This document shows, one piece after another, positions 48,061 to 56,978 of a stretch of DNA of 64,000 nt (position 1 is its first letter; the number at the start of each line of letters is the position of its first letter). The stretch is from an uncultured Anaerolineaceae bacterium (GTDB lineage Bacteria; Chloroflexota; Anaerolineae; Anaerolineales; Anaerolineaceae). The position numbers and the translations under genes were made by a program. The notes under the pieces are model-generated. The model was not told where the DNA came from. It made no database searches and worked only from the letters and a program-made list of their open reading frames with translations. The stretch spans positions 19,643 through 83,642 of the forward strand of contig CAYQUO010000001.1 of assembly GCA_964420835.1 (NCBI GenBank). The letters run 5' to 3'.

Positions 48061-50505
48061 TTACCGCGGGGCGGGAAGGTTCCCCGGGTCGAAACGGCGC
48101 AGGCGCAGGCTGTTGCTGACGACGAAGACGCTGCTGAAGGCCATGGCGGCGGCGGCCAGCATGGGGTTCATCAGGCCGGCGGCGGCTGCCGGGATGAGGA
48201 TGATGTTATAGAAGAAGGCCCAGAACAGGTTCTGTTTGATTGTCCGTAACGTGCGCCGGGAAAGCGCCACCGCCCTTGGCACGCCCAGCAGGTCGCCGCT
48301 GATAAGCACGACCGGGGCTGAGGCCATGGCCACATCGGTGCCGCTGCCAATGGCCATGCCCACATCGGCCTGGGCCAGGGCCGGCGCATCGTTGATGCCA
48401 TCGCCCACCATGGCCACCACGGCCTTCTCCTGCTGCAGTTTTTTCACGGCATCCGCCTTGTCTCCAGGCAGCACCTCGGCCAGGACGGTTTGGATGCCCG
48501 CCTGGCGGGCGATTGCCTCGGCCGTGCGGCGGTTGTCGCCGGTGATCATGGCCACCTGCAGGCCCTGCCCCCGCAGCGCCCTGACGGCTTCCACCGAACC
48601 GGGTTTCAACGTGTCGGCAATGCCGATGGCGCCGGCGGGTTTGCCGTCCACCAGCACCACGGCAACCGTGCGGGCCTCGTCCTGCAGCCGGTCAACAGCC
48701 TGCTGCAGGCCATCCAGGGGTATGCCCAAACCGGCGGCCATGCGCGGGCTGCCAACGGCCACGTCCCGGCCATCCACCTGGGCGCCAACGCCCTGCCCGG
48801 CCTGGGCCTGAAAACCCTGCGGCTCGGAGAGCGCCAGTTCCCGGTTGCCGGCCTCGGCCAGGATGGCCTCGCCCAGCGGGTGCTCGCTGCCCTTCTCCAC
48901 CGAGGCGGCCAGGCGCAGCAGTTCATTTTCACCGCCGGCGAGGCCCGCAACGATCACATCGGTCACCGCCGGCTGGCCGCGGGTGAGTGTTCCGGTCTTG
49001 TCAAAGACGACCGTGGTCAAACGGCCGGCCTGCTCCAGGGCCCCGCCGCTCTTGAAAAGGATGCCCATGCCGGCGCCGCGGCCGGTGCCGACCATGACGG
49101 CGGTGGGTGTGGCCAGGCCCATGGCGCAGGGGCAGGCGATGACCAGCACGGCAACGGTGTGGATCAGCGCCCGGGTGAAGGCGCTTGTTTCGGTGGCTGC
49201 CGGCGCTGGAACGAGGAAGTACCAGGCGGCGAAGGTGAGGGCGGCAATGAGGATGACCGCCGGGACAAAAACGGCCGAAATGCGGTCGGCCAGCGCCTGG
49301 ATGGGCGCCTTGCTTCCCTGGGCCTCCTCCACCAGGCGGATGATCTGCGCCAGGGCGGTCTCCCGGCCGACCTTGGTGGCCTCAAAACGCAGCAGGCCCA
49401 ATTTGTTCAATGTGGCACCGATGAGCGGATCGCCGGGGCCTTTTTCCACCGGCAGCGATTCGCCGGTGAGCATGGATTCGTCCACGGCGCTGCGGCCCTC
49501 GATGACCACCCCGTCCACGGGCACTTTTTCTCCCGGGCGCACCAGCACCAGGTCGCCCACGGCCACCTCTTCCACGGGCACCTCCATTTCGGCGCCATCG
49601 CGCAGCACGTGCGCCGTGCGCGGCCGCAACTCCATTAATTTTTTAATGGCCTCGCTGGTGCGCCCCTTGGCGCGGGCCTCCAGGAACTTGCCCACTTTGA
49701 TGAGGGTGATGATGACCGCCGAGGTCTCAAAATAAACGTGCCCGCCAAGCAGCCCGAGGGTGACCGGGATCGAATAGAAATACGCCACCGATGAACCCAT
49801 GGCCACCAGCACGTCCATGTTGGCCGAACCGGCCCTCAGCGAGCGGTAGGCGCCCACGTAATACTGCCAGCCCACGTAGAACTGCACGGGGGTGGCCAGG
49901 GCCAGCAGCACCCAGTTGAAGGCCGGCGAATGGGCGATGGACATGGGCAGCAGGCCAAAATCGCGGCTCATGGAGAGCAGGAAAAGGGGGATGGTGAAGA
50001 CCAGCCCGGTGATGAGCAGGTGCCGCTGGCGGGCGGTCTCCTCCCGGCGCACACGGGCTTCCACGTCCTCGGCCTCGCCTCCGGTCTCAATGGTCTCAAA
50101 GCCGGCAGCGGCGGCCGCCTGGCGCAGTTCTGCCTGGGTGACCAGGGTGGGGATGTAGCGCACCCGGGCGCGCTCGGCGGTCAGGCTCACCTGGGCGGAG
50201 AGCACGCCCTCAATGGCCTGCAGGGCCTTTTCCAGGCGGCGGGCGTCATTGTCATCGGCCAGGCGGCGGATGAGCAGGTCGGCCTCGCCGGAGGCCACGC
50301 CGTAGCCGGCGCGTTCCACCCGGCTGACCAGTTCCGCCACATCCGCTTTTTGCGGGTCAATGGTGACGGTGGCGCGCTCGGAGGAGAGGTTCACCGCCGC
50401 CTCCTGCACGCCATCGGCGCGCTTGAGGTTGCGCTCCACCGTGGCAACGCAGTTGGCGCAGGTCATGCCCGTGATGGGGAGGATGACTTGTTTCGGGCTG
50501 CTCAT
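48061..50505 (-). CDS. copA: copper-translocating P1B-type ATPase
   Basis: It has HMA GMTCANC followed by a second, Cys-less HMA-like repeat. It also has the TM CPC motif, DKTGTLT and [11 protein letters not shown] prefer the ATG at 50505. Confidence 0.95.
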   Translation of the reverse strand: MSSPKQVILPITGMTCANCVATVERNLKRADGVQEAAVNLSSERATVTIDPQKADVAELVSRVERAGYGVASGEADLLIRRLADDNDARRLEKALQAIEGVLSAQVSLTAERARVRYIPTLVTQAELRQAAAAAGFETIETGGEAEDVEARVRREETARQRHLLITGLVFTIPLFLLSMSRDFGLLPMSIAHSPAFNWVLLALATPVQFYVGWQYYVGAYRSLRAGSANMDVLVAMGSSVAYFYSIPVTLGLLGGHVYFETSAVIITLIKVGKFLEARAKGRTSEAIKKLMELRPRTAHVLRDGAEMEVPVEEVAVGDLVLVRPGEKVPVDGVVIEGRSAVDESMLTGESLPVEKGPGDPLIGATLNKLGLLRFEATKVGRETALAQIIRLVEEAQGSKAPIQALADRISAVFVPAVILIAALTFAAWYFLVPAPAATETSAFTRALIHTVAVLVIACPCAMGLATPTAVMVGTGRGAGMGILFKSGGALEQAGRLTTVVFDKTGTLTRGQPAVTDVIVAGLAGGENELLRLAASVEKGSEHPLGEAILAEAGNRELALSEPQGFQAQAGQGVGAQVDGRDVAVGSPRMAAGLGIPLDGLQQAVDRLQDEARTVAVVLVDGKPAGAIGIADTLKPGSVEAVRALRGQGLQVAMITGDNRRTAEAIARQAGIQTVLAEVLPGDKADAVKKLQQEKAVVAMVGDGINDAPALAQADVGMAIGSGTDVAMASAPVVLISGDLLGVPRAVALSRRTLRTIKQNLFWAFFYNIILIPAAAAGLMNPMLAAAAMAFSSVFVVSNSLRLRRFDPGNLPAPR

Positions 50506-50527
50506 AAGGTTGCCTTCCACGGCCGGG

Positions 50528-50734
50528 TCAGCCGGCCGGGGGGTAGTTGATCTCCTTCAGCAGGGAGACGATCTGTTCCTCGCTGGCGGGATCCTCGTAG
50601 GTGACCTGCGCCTGGTGCTGCTCCACGCTGGCCTTGACCTCTTTTACGCCGGGCAGTTGCATCAGTTCGCTGGTGATGGTGTGCACACAGTGGTGGCAGG
50701 AAATTGAGGGAATGCTGTAGGTGACTGTTTTCAT
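50528..50734 (-). CDS. copZ: copper chaperone CopZ-like HMA protein
   Basis: It reads [20 protein letters not shown] (CxxC). AAGGAG lies upstream of the ATG at 50734. Confidence 0.82.
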   Translation of the reverse strand: MKTVTYSIPSISCHHCVHTITSELMQLPGVKEVKASVEQHQAQVTYEDPASEEQIVSLLKEINYPPAG

Positions 50735-50767
50735 GGGGTTCTCCTTTGCCTGTATGTGGAACTGCAC

Positions 50768-51040
50768 TCAAACCTTTGTGGCGGTTTCGAACACTTCGGT
50801 GATCTCGCGCAGCACGCGGCTGCGCTCTTCGGGGTCTTCACCCTGCACGGCGGTTACCAGGCAGGAATTGAGGTGCTGGTCGAGGATGAGGGTGCTGAGC
50901 TTGTTGAGGGCGGCCTGTACGGCCTGTACCTGGTGGATGATGTTGATGCAGTAGACGTCCTCTTCGACCATGCGCTGGATGCCGCGCAGGTGTCCCTCGG
51001 CGGACTTAAGGCGCCGGATCACTTCTTCGTGGTTGTGCAT
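50768..51040 (-). CDS. csoR: CsoR-family copper-sensing repressor
   Basis: It contains RLKSAEGHLRGIQRMVEED.YCI.IIHQVQAVQAAL....L..HL.SC, which is the C-H-C metal ligand pattern. Confidence 0.88.
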   Translation of the reverse strand: MHNHEEVIRRLKSAEGHLRGIQRMVEEDVYCINIIHQVQAVQAALNKLSTLILDQHLNSCLVTAVQGEDPEERSRVLREITEVFETATKV

Positions 51041-51051
51041 GTTCTCCTTCC

Positions 51052-51076
51052 TACCCCTCCCCCTTGGGGGGGGTTA
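51052..51076 (-). promoter_or_regulatory. candidate CsoR operator (C/G-tract pseudo-palindrome)
   Basis: TACCCCTCCCCC-TT-GGGGGGGGTTA lies between the -10 element and the csoR RBS. Confidence 0.6.
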
Positions 51077-51084
51077 TTGCAACC

Positions 51085-51113
51085 ATCATATCCCCATTTT
51101 CCGCCCGTGTCAA
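51085..51113 (-). promoter_or_regulatory. promoter of the csoR-copZ-copA operon (TTGACA-N17-TATGAT on the minus strand)
   Basis: The reverse complement of 51108-51113 is TTGACA. It is followed by a 17-nt spacer, and the reverse complement of 51085-51090 is TATGAT. Confidence 0.7.
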
Positions 51114-51219
51114 GAGGCTGTTCGCCCGCCGTTCATCCGGCCTGGCAGGCGCAATTCCAATCCACCCTCACGTTGTATAATCATGGGCAGATTTCACGAA
51201 CAGGGAGGCCTGAAACAGA

Positions 51220-52542
51220 ATGCCCGAAGGGACCTATTCCTTCCCCAGGGGCTTCCTTTGGGGATGCGCCACCGCCGCCCACCAGGTGGAAGGCAACAAC
51301 CGCAACAACAATTGGGCTGAATGGGAGGGCCAGCCCGGCCGCATCCTCTTTGATCAGCGCGCCGGCCTGGCCTGCGACTGGTGGGGTGGCCGCTGGCGCG
51401 AGGACCTGGACCGGGCCATGGAAACCGGCCAGAACGCCCACCGCTTTTCAGTGGAGTGGAGCCGCATCCAGCCGGAGCCCGGCCGCTGGGACGACGACGC
51501 CCTCGAGTTTTACCGCCGCATGGCCCGCGGGATGCTGGAGCGTGGGCTCAGGCCCATGGTGACCCTGCACCATTTCACCGACCCCCTGTGGCTGGCCGCT
51601 GGCTGGGAGGATGACAAAACCCCGGCCCTGTTCGCCCGTTACTGCGAAAGGGTGGTCGAAGCCCTAAAGGAGTACACCAACCTGTGGGTGACCATAAATG
51701 AACCCAACGTGTACACCCAGGGCGGTTACCTGGGCGGGGGTTTTCCTCCGGGGAAGAACGAAGCCGGCAGCGCCGTGCGGGTCTTCACCAACCTGCTGCG
51801 CGGCCATGCCGCCGCCTACCGGGTGATCCACCGGCTGCAGCCGGATGCGCGGGTGGGAGTGGCCCACCATTACCGGGGCTTCCTGCCGGCCCACCCCTGG
51901 CTGCCAACCGACTCGCTGGCGGCCAACAGCCTGTCGGCGGCATTCAATGATTCCTTTCCCCGGGCCATCGCCACCGGCCGCCTGAAACTCCCCTTTTACC
52001 AGGCCAGCCTGCCGGAAGCCGCGGGCACCCAGGACTTCTTCGGTCTGAACTATTACACCGGGGAGAATGTCCTGCTGGACCTGTTCAAGCCGCGCCAGTT
52101 CTTCCACCGCCGTTTCTACCGCCGGGATGCCGCCCTCAGCCAGCACGGATTCCTGGACAGCCGTCCGGACGTCTTCTGGAAGGCCCTCAAATGGGCCCGC
52201 GGTTACGATCTGCCGATCCTAATCACCGAGAACGGCTGGGAGGACGCCGGGGACGACACCCGCCCGGATTACATGGTGCAGCACCTGAAGAAGTTGTGGT
52301 GGGCGGCCAATTCCAACTGGCGGGTGGAGGGCTACTTTCATTGGACGCTGGTGGACAACTTCGAGTGGTCCGCCGGCTGGACACTGCGCTTTGGCTTGTG
52401 GGGGTTGGATGAGAACAACCAGCAGCGCATCCGCCGGCCCAGTGTGGACCTGTACGAAGCCATCTGCAAACAGAACGCCATTTCCTCCGACGTGGTGAGC
52501 CGCTTCGCCCCCCGTTCCTTCCCCCTCCTCTTTCCGGGCTGA
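51220..52542 (+). CDS. GH1 beta-glucosidase
   Basis: It contains FLWGCATAAHQVEG, TINEPN (acid/base Glu) and ITENG (nucleophile). Confidence 0.92.
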   Translation: MPEGTYSFPRGFLWGCATAAHQVEGNNRNNNWAEWEGQPGRILFDQRAGLACDWWGGRWREDLDRAMETGQNAHRFSVEWSRIQPEPGRWDDDALEFYRRMARGMLERGLRPMVTLHHFTDPLWLAAGWEDDKTPALFARYCERVVEALKEYTNLWVTINEPNVYTQGGYLGGGFPPGKNEAGSAVRVFTNLLRGHAAAYRVIHRLQPDARVGVAHHYRGFLPAHPWLPTDSLAANSLSAAFNDSFPRAIATGRLKLPFYQASLPEAAGTQDFFGLNYYTGENVLLDLFKPRQFFHRRFYRRDAALSQHGFLDSRPDVFWKALKWARGYDLPILITENGWEDAGDDTRPDYMVQHLKKLWWAANSNWRVEGYFHWTLVDNFEWSAGWTLRFGLWGLDENNQQRIRRPSVDLYEAICKQNAISSDVVSRFAPRSFPLLFPG

Positions 52543-52590
52543 GCCCGGCCTTCCCTGCCAGGCTGGCCGCCGGACGCAACCCGGCCCTGT

Positions 52591-54201
52591 TCAGCCCAGG
52601 GGTTTGACCATGTACAGGCTTCCCCCGTTGTAGCCGCGCGCCTGGTAGTACCGGCGGGTGCCGATGGCCGAGATGACCGCCAGGCGCAGGAAGCCTGCCT
52701 GGAGGGCAAGCCTTTCGGCCTCCGCCAGCAGGCGTGTCCCCAGCCCGCTGTGCTGGGCTGCCCCCTCCTGTTCGGATCCCACTGCCAGGCTCTGCCCGTA
52801 AACATGCACCTCGCGCACCAGGGCCGCCCCGGCCAGGTCTTCCAGGCCGGTGTCCGGCGCGTCCGGTGCGGGCAGCGAAAGTCGCAGGTAACCGGCCAGG
52901 CGGTCGGTGGGTGTGACGTAGGAGAGGAAATGCTCCACGGCGAAGGCCGGGCGGTATACAAGGTCCTGCAGGTGCAGTTCCCCGGCCTGCACCGGCTGGC
53001 TGCGCACCTCGCGGCAGCGGATGCAGCGGCAGCGCAACCCCCTTCGGGCCAGTTCGGCGGATATGTCCTGCCGCAGGCTGGTGCGGCGGTTGCCGGCCAC
53101 CACGTGGTGCGAGGGGATGTCGCGGATGACCCGGTTCAACCGGCAGTACTCGGGGATGGAAGGTTTGAGGTCCGCCACCAGGTTCACCAGCGTTTCCATG
53201 TCGTAGGGCTGGTACTCTCCGGACTGCCAGCGCCTGTAAAGCGCCGTGCCGGCCAGCAACTGGGTGGGGTAGATCTTCAACTCATCCGGGCAGATGCCCA
53301 GGCCCCGGCCGGCCTCCAGCCACAGGCGGGCAAAGTCCTGCCGGTCCGAATCCGGGGTGGCACCCAGCAGGTTGGGCATCCAGTGGGCCACGATCTTGAA
53401 GCCGGCCGCCCGCAGCAGGGCGAAGGCCCGCTGAACTGCGGCCGTGTCGTGGCCGCGGCAGTTGCGGGCCAGGATGGCATCGTCCAGGCTTTGCACCCCC
53501 AGTTGCACCTTGGTGACACCCAGGCGGCGCATGTAGCGGATGGATGCCGGGGTGACCTCGTCCGGGCGGGTCTCCACCACCATGCCCACGTTGCGCCGGC
53601 TGGCGGTTTCGTTCAACTGTTGGGCTTCCTCCAGCGAGGAGGATTCGCTGCCGTTGAGGGCGTCCAGGCAGCGCTGCACAAAACGCTGGCGGTATTCCGG
53701 CGGGTAGGCATCCCAGGTGCCTCCCAGGATGAGCAGTTCGACCTTGTCCACCGGGTGGCCGACGGCGGTGTAGGAATCCAGGCGCGAGCGCACCTGCGCA
53801 AAGGCGTCGAACCGGTTCTGGAAGGCGCGCGCCGCCCCGGGCTCGTCGGCCAGGTAACTCTTGGGCATGCCCGGCTCCTGCGGGCAGAAGATGCAATGGC
53901 CAGGGCAGGGCTGCGGCCCGGTGAGCACCGTGACCGTGGTGACGCCGGAGAGCGAGCGCACGGGCTTCCTGCGGATGCGTGCCAGCAGGGAATCATCTTC
54001 GGGCCATTCCCCGGCGGCCACGCCCTGGCGGTACACCGTCACCAGCGTGTGCTTGGGGACGTACCCTCCGCTGGAAAGCGGGTGGCGGCGGATGGCCTTC
54101 ATCACCTCGCGGCCGGCGCGCACCTCGTCCAGGACTGTGCGGGCCACAGCCAGCATTTCCGGCGTGTTCTCCAGCGAAGCCAGCCAGGTCTCTGCATCCA
54201 T
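52591..54201 (-). CDS. elp3: bacterial Elp3 homologue (radical SAM + GNAT, tRNA U34 cm5-type modification enzyme)
   Basis: It has the radical-SAM cluster CPGHCIFC, the Elp3-specific middle region and a C-terminal GNAT domain (RLAVISAIGTRRYYQARGY). Length is 536 aa. Confidence 0.85.
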   Translation of the reverse strand: MDAETWLASLENTPEMLAVARTVLDEVRAGREVMKAIRRHPLSSGGYVPKHTLVTVYRQGVAAGEWPEDDSLLARIRRKPVRSLSGVTTVTVLTGPQPCPGHCIFCPQEPGMPKSYLADEPGAARAFQNRFDAFAQVRSRLDSYTAVGHPVDKVELLILGGTWDAYPPEYRQRFVQRCLDALNGSESSSLEEAQQLNETASRRNVGMVVETRPDEVTPASIRYMRRLGVTKVQLGVQSLDDAILARNCRGHDTAAVQRAFALLRAAGFKIVAHWMPNLLGATPDSDRQDFARLWLEAGRGLGICPDELKIYPTQLLAGTALYRRWQSGEYQPYDMETLVNLVADLKPSIPEYCRLNRVIRDIPSHHVVAGNRRTSLRQDISAELARRGLRCRCIRCREVRSQPVQAGELHLQDLVYRPAFAVEHFLSYVTPTDRLAGYLRLSLPAPDAPDTGLEDLAGAALVREVHVYGQSLAVGSEQEGAAQHSGLGTRLLAEAERLALQAGFLRLAVISAIGTRRYYQARGYNGGSLYMVKPLG

Positions 54202-54207
54202 GGCAGC

Positions 54208-55227
54208 CTATGCGGGTGAAAGCGAGGCGCGCACGATGAAGCGGTCCACCGCCCCGAAGCGGTACTTGTAGTCCTCGTCGCCGCGCATGAAATCCAGTTC
54301 GGAGTACTGGTTGGTGATGGCCCACTGGATGAGGTTGGCCAGCAGCACCCAGCCGGGGGACTGCTCGCGAAAGGCCGGGTCGAGGCCGGAATTGTAGACC
54401 CACAGGCGGTTAAGGTACTGGAAGCTGAGGTAGCCGGCCGCCTTTTTCCCGCCCACCTCCAAAAAAGCCAGGTTCAGGCAATCCACTTCAAAGGCGCAGC
54501 GGGCCACCTGGCGCATGAACTCCCGCATGGGCGGGGTGAGGAAGGCTGCCTTCTCCTGGTCGTGGGCCATCAGGTGCATAAAGTCATCCATGGCGGCGTC
54601 CAGGGTGGCCGGGTCGTTGTGGATGTGCCAGTTGACCGGCTCGGGCGATTCCTCCGCCCGGCGCAGTTTGCGGCGGATCTCGTGGCGCTGTTTCTTGTCG
54701 ATTCCGGCCAGGTAGGTCTCCCAGTCGCCGGGCAGGGTAATGAAGGGGGAGTGCTGCAGGCGGGCGTTGTGATACTTCCAGCCGAGGTCTGCAGCGGCTT
54801 GCTGCAGCGCTGGCAGGGTGGGGGAGGTTTCGACCAGGTTGTAGAACTCCAGGCTCTGCCAGGCCGGCAACCCGGCGCGGGGCAGGTACCCCAGCAGGCC
54901 GCGGCAGAAGGCCGGCAGGTCCTCCGGGGGGCAGAGCAGGTCCAGGTAGTCGGAAACCTCGAAACTTCCCACCAGCAGCAGGGACGGTTTGCCATCGTGC
55001 TGCGGGGCGTGGAAGAGCGGTGCGGCGGCGGCCAGCCGGCCCTGCCTGCGGGCCAGCACAAGCGCCAGGCGGGTCCCCGCCGGCCATTCTCCCCCGCCGC
55101 GGCTGCGCCACCAGGTTTCCAGGTACTCATGGCGCATGAAGGGGGCATGACAAGGGCTGCCGCCCAGCAGGGCATTCCACTCCTCCAGGGGGACCGCAGA
55201 AAATGAATCGCTGATCGAAAACTCCAT
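54208..55227 (-). CDS. GNAT-fold acyltransferase, CelD/BioF2-like (Acetyltransf_6-like)
   Basis: The C-terminus reads LDFMRGDEDYKYRFGA, which is typical of this family. It lies 6 nt upstream of elp3. Confidence 0.68.
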   Translation of the reverse strand: MEFSISDSFSAVPLEEWNALLGGSPCHAPFMRHEYLETWWRSRGGGEWPAGTRLALVLARRQGRLAAAAPLFHAPQHDGKPSLLLVGSFEVSDYLDLLCPPEDLPAFCRGLLGYLPRAGLPAWQSLEFYNLVETSPTLPALQQAAADLGWKYHNARLQHSPFITLPGDWETYLAGIDKKQRHEIRRKLRRAEESPEPVNWHIHNDPATLDAAMDDFMHLMAHDQEKAAFLTPPMREFMRQVARCAFEVDCLNLAFLEVGGKKAAGYLSFQYLNRLWVYNSGLDPAFREQSPGWVLLANLIQWAITNQYSELDFMRGDEDYKYRFGAVDRFIVRASLSPA

Positions 55228-55293
55228 GGCTGCTCCAGTTTGGTGTTGACTGTGTGCCGCCCGGCTTGGATGCCGGTCGGCCTGGGCATTGCC

Positions 55294-56739
55294 CTATGCC
55301 GGTTCCAACGCCCGGACGGCCCGCCCCAGGATCTCGCCCAGGGCGGTTTCCACCTCCCGATCCAGGGGGGCGGGCTGGTGGGTTTGCAGCAGGTGGGCGG
55401 CCTCGCGGCGGGCGCGGGCCGGCATCTCCTCCGCCCCGGCCTCCAGCCAGGACTGGCGGGGCTGGCGCACCAGCAGGTGCGAGCGCAGGCGCGGCTCACG
55501 GCGCATGAACTGCAGGGTATGTTCATCCATCAGCAGGTTCCCCTGCTCCAGGCTGCGGGCGATCGCACCCGGCGCCAGGGTATCCTTGTTGACCGCAAAA
55601 CCCCCGGCTGCCCGGCGGGCGATGGCGGTGAGTTCGTTGTCCATCACCAGTTGCGGGTAACTGATGTACAGGCCGCCGTCCATGTGCCCGGCGCCGGTGA
55701 GGATGGTCGCGCCCGCCAGGGCGGGCAGAAAGACAAAATAGGCGTTCTCCATGCCGGCCTGCAAGTCCGAGGCCGGGGAATCGGTGTAGGGGCCGTGCAT
55801 GTTCACGGGCAGGTTGTAGGCCTCCCGGGCCAGTTGCACACCGGCAGCCGCCACGAGGGCGTTCTCCACCGAGCCGGTCAGGGCGCGGCCGCTGGACATC
55901 TCCATGACCATGATGCGCGGGGCGAAGATCACCGGAGACCCCGGGTTGGCCAGTTGGGAGATGACGATGGACGCCACCATTTCGATGTTGGAGACCAGCA
56001 ACGCCCCGGCCAGGGTCACCGGACCGGTGGCACCGGAGATGGGCATGCTGCAGATCTCCACCGGAATGCCGGCCTCCCCGCAGGCCAGCAGAACGTCCAC
56101 CAGCACATCCGGCAGTTTGAGCGGGGAGATGGGCGATTCGAGCATGGTCAGCGGCGGGCAGCGCCGCAGGGCCTTGCGGCTTCCGGCCAGCACAACGGCC
56201 ATTTCCAGGACGTAGGGCAGGCTGCCCGGGTTGAGCAGGCGCATGTTGATGTGCTTGCTGCAGTTGGAGGCCATGGCCAGCAGGGCGTGCAGGTCGCGGG
56301 TGGCCGCCGGGCGGTCCTGCGGGTAAAGCGGGGCAACGATGTCCAGGTTCGGCAGGGCATCCACCAGGCGGGCGTAATCGGAGGTATCCTGCAGTGTGGC
56401 GTCGCGCACCTGCCCGCTCTCCATGTCCAGCACATGTCCTGGGCCGCCGCCGTTGCGGGCGTACAGCCCTTTGCCGGGTGCGATCTCCAGGTCCTGCGCC
56501 GGGAGGCGCCCGCCCAGGGTGAACTCGCCCGGCGCCAGGGCCAGGCAGTGCTCCACCAGGTCCGCCGGCAGGCGGACCAGCCGGCGGGCAAAATCCACCC
56601 GCGCCCCGGCTTCAGCCAGCAGGCTCAACCCGCCGGCATGCATCACCGTGATGCCCGTGGTTTGCAGGTGTTCGAGCGTCTGCTGCTGGATGGCGGTGAT
56701 GTCTTTTTTGGACAATATCTTCAATGCAGGGCAGGTCAT
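55294..56739 (-). CDS. MttB-superfamily methyltransferase, non-pyrrolysine type
   Basis: The 481-aa uninterrupted ORF has no in-frame TAG. The MttB-like text includes ILSKKDITAIQQQTLEHLQTTGITV and GAGHMDGGL. Confidence 0.8.
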   Translation of the reverse strand: MTCPALKILSKKDITAIQQQTLEHLQTTGITVMHAGGLSLLAEAGARVDFARRLVRLPADLVEHCLALAPGEFTLGGRLPAQDLEIAPGKGLYARNGGGPGHVLDMESGQVRDATLQDTSDYARLVDALPNLDIVAPLYPQDRPAATRDLHALLAMASNCSKHINMRLLNPGSLPYVLEMAVVLAGSRKALRRCPPLTMLESPISPLKLPDVLVDVLLACGEAGIPVEICSMPISGATGPVTLAGALLVSNIEMVASIVISQLANPGSPVIFAPRIMVMEMSSGRALTGSVENALVAAAGVQLAREAYNLPVNMHGPYTDSPASDLQAGMENAYFVFLPALAGATILTGAGHMDGGLYISYPQLVMDNELTAIARRAAGGFAVNKDTLAPGAIARSLEQGNLLMDEHTLQFMRREPRLRSHLLVRQPRQSWLEAGAEEMPARARREAAHLLQTHQPAPLDREVETALGEILGRAVRALEPA

Positions 56740-56835
56740 GATTGTGGCATCCTTTCAGAAATATCCTGCCGTCACACCCCAACTGCCATGGCGGTGTACG
56801 GGCCATCCTTTTCAGTCCCAATTATAAATGAAGAA

Positions 56836-56854
56836 CACCCCCGTCTTGGGGGTG
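56836..56854 (-). terminator. terminator after the NMO-like gene
   Basis: On the minus strand, CACCCCC-aagac-GGGGGTG is followed by UUCUUCAUUUAUAAU. Confidence 0.5.
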
Positions 56855-56978
56855 CTTTCATTCTGGGCCGTGGCCGGCGTGGAAAAACGGCTGGCAGGCT
56901 TGGATGCTGCGGCTGGCTGTGAAGGGCCGGGGCAGGCCTTGGGGGCGGGGAGGGGGGGTTCGGCCTTCGTTCGAAGGT

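Noticed and set aside
55294-56739. Possible pyrrolysine (in-frame TAG) in the MttB-family gene.
   Set aside because: The ORF is uninterrupted over 481 aa, and no in-frame TAG is needed to recover the full-length protein. It therefore belongs to the non-Pyl MttB class.
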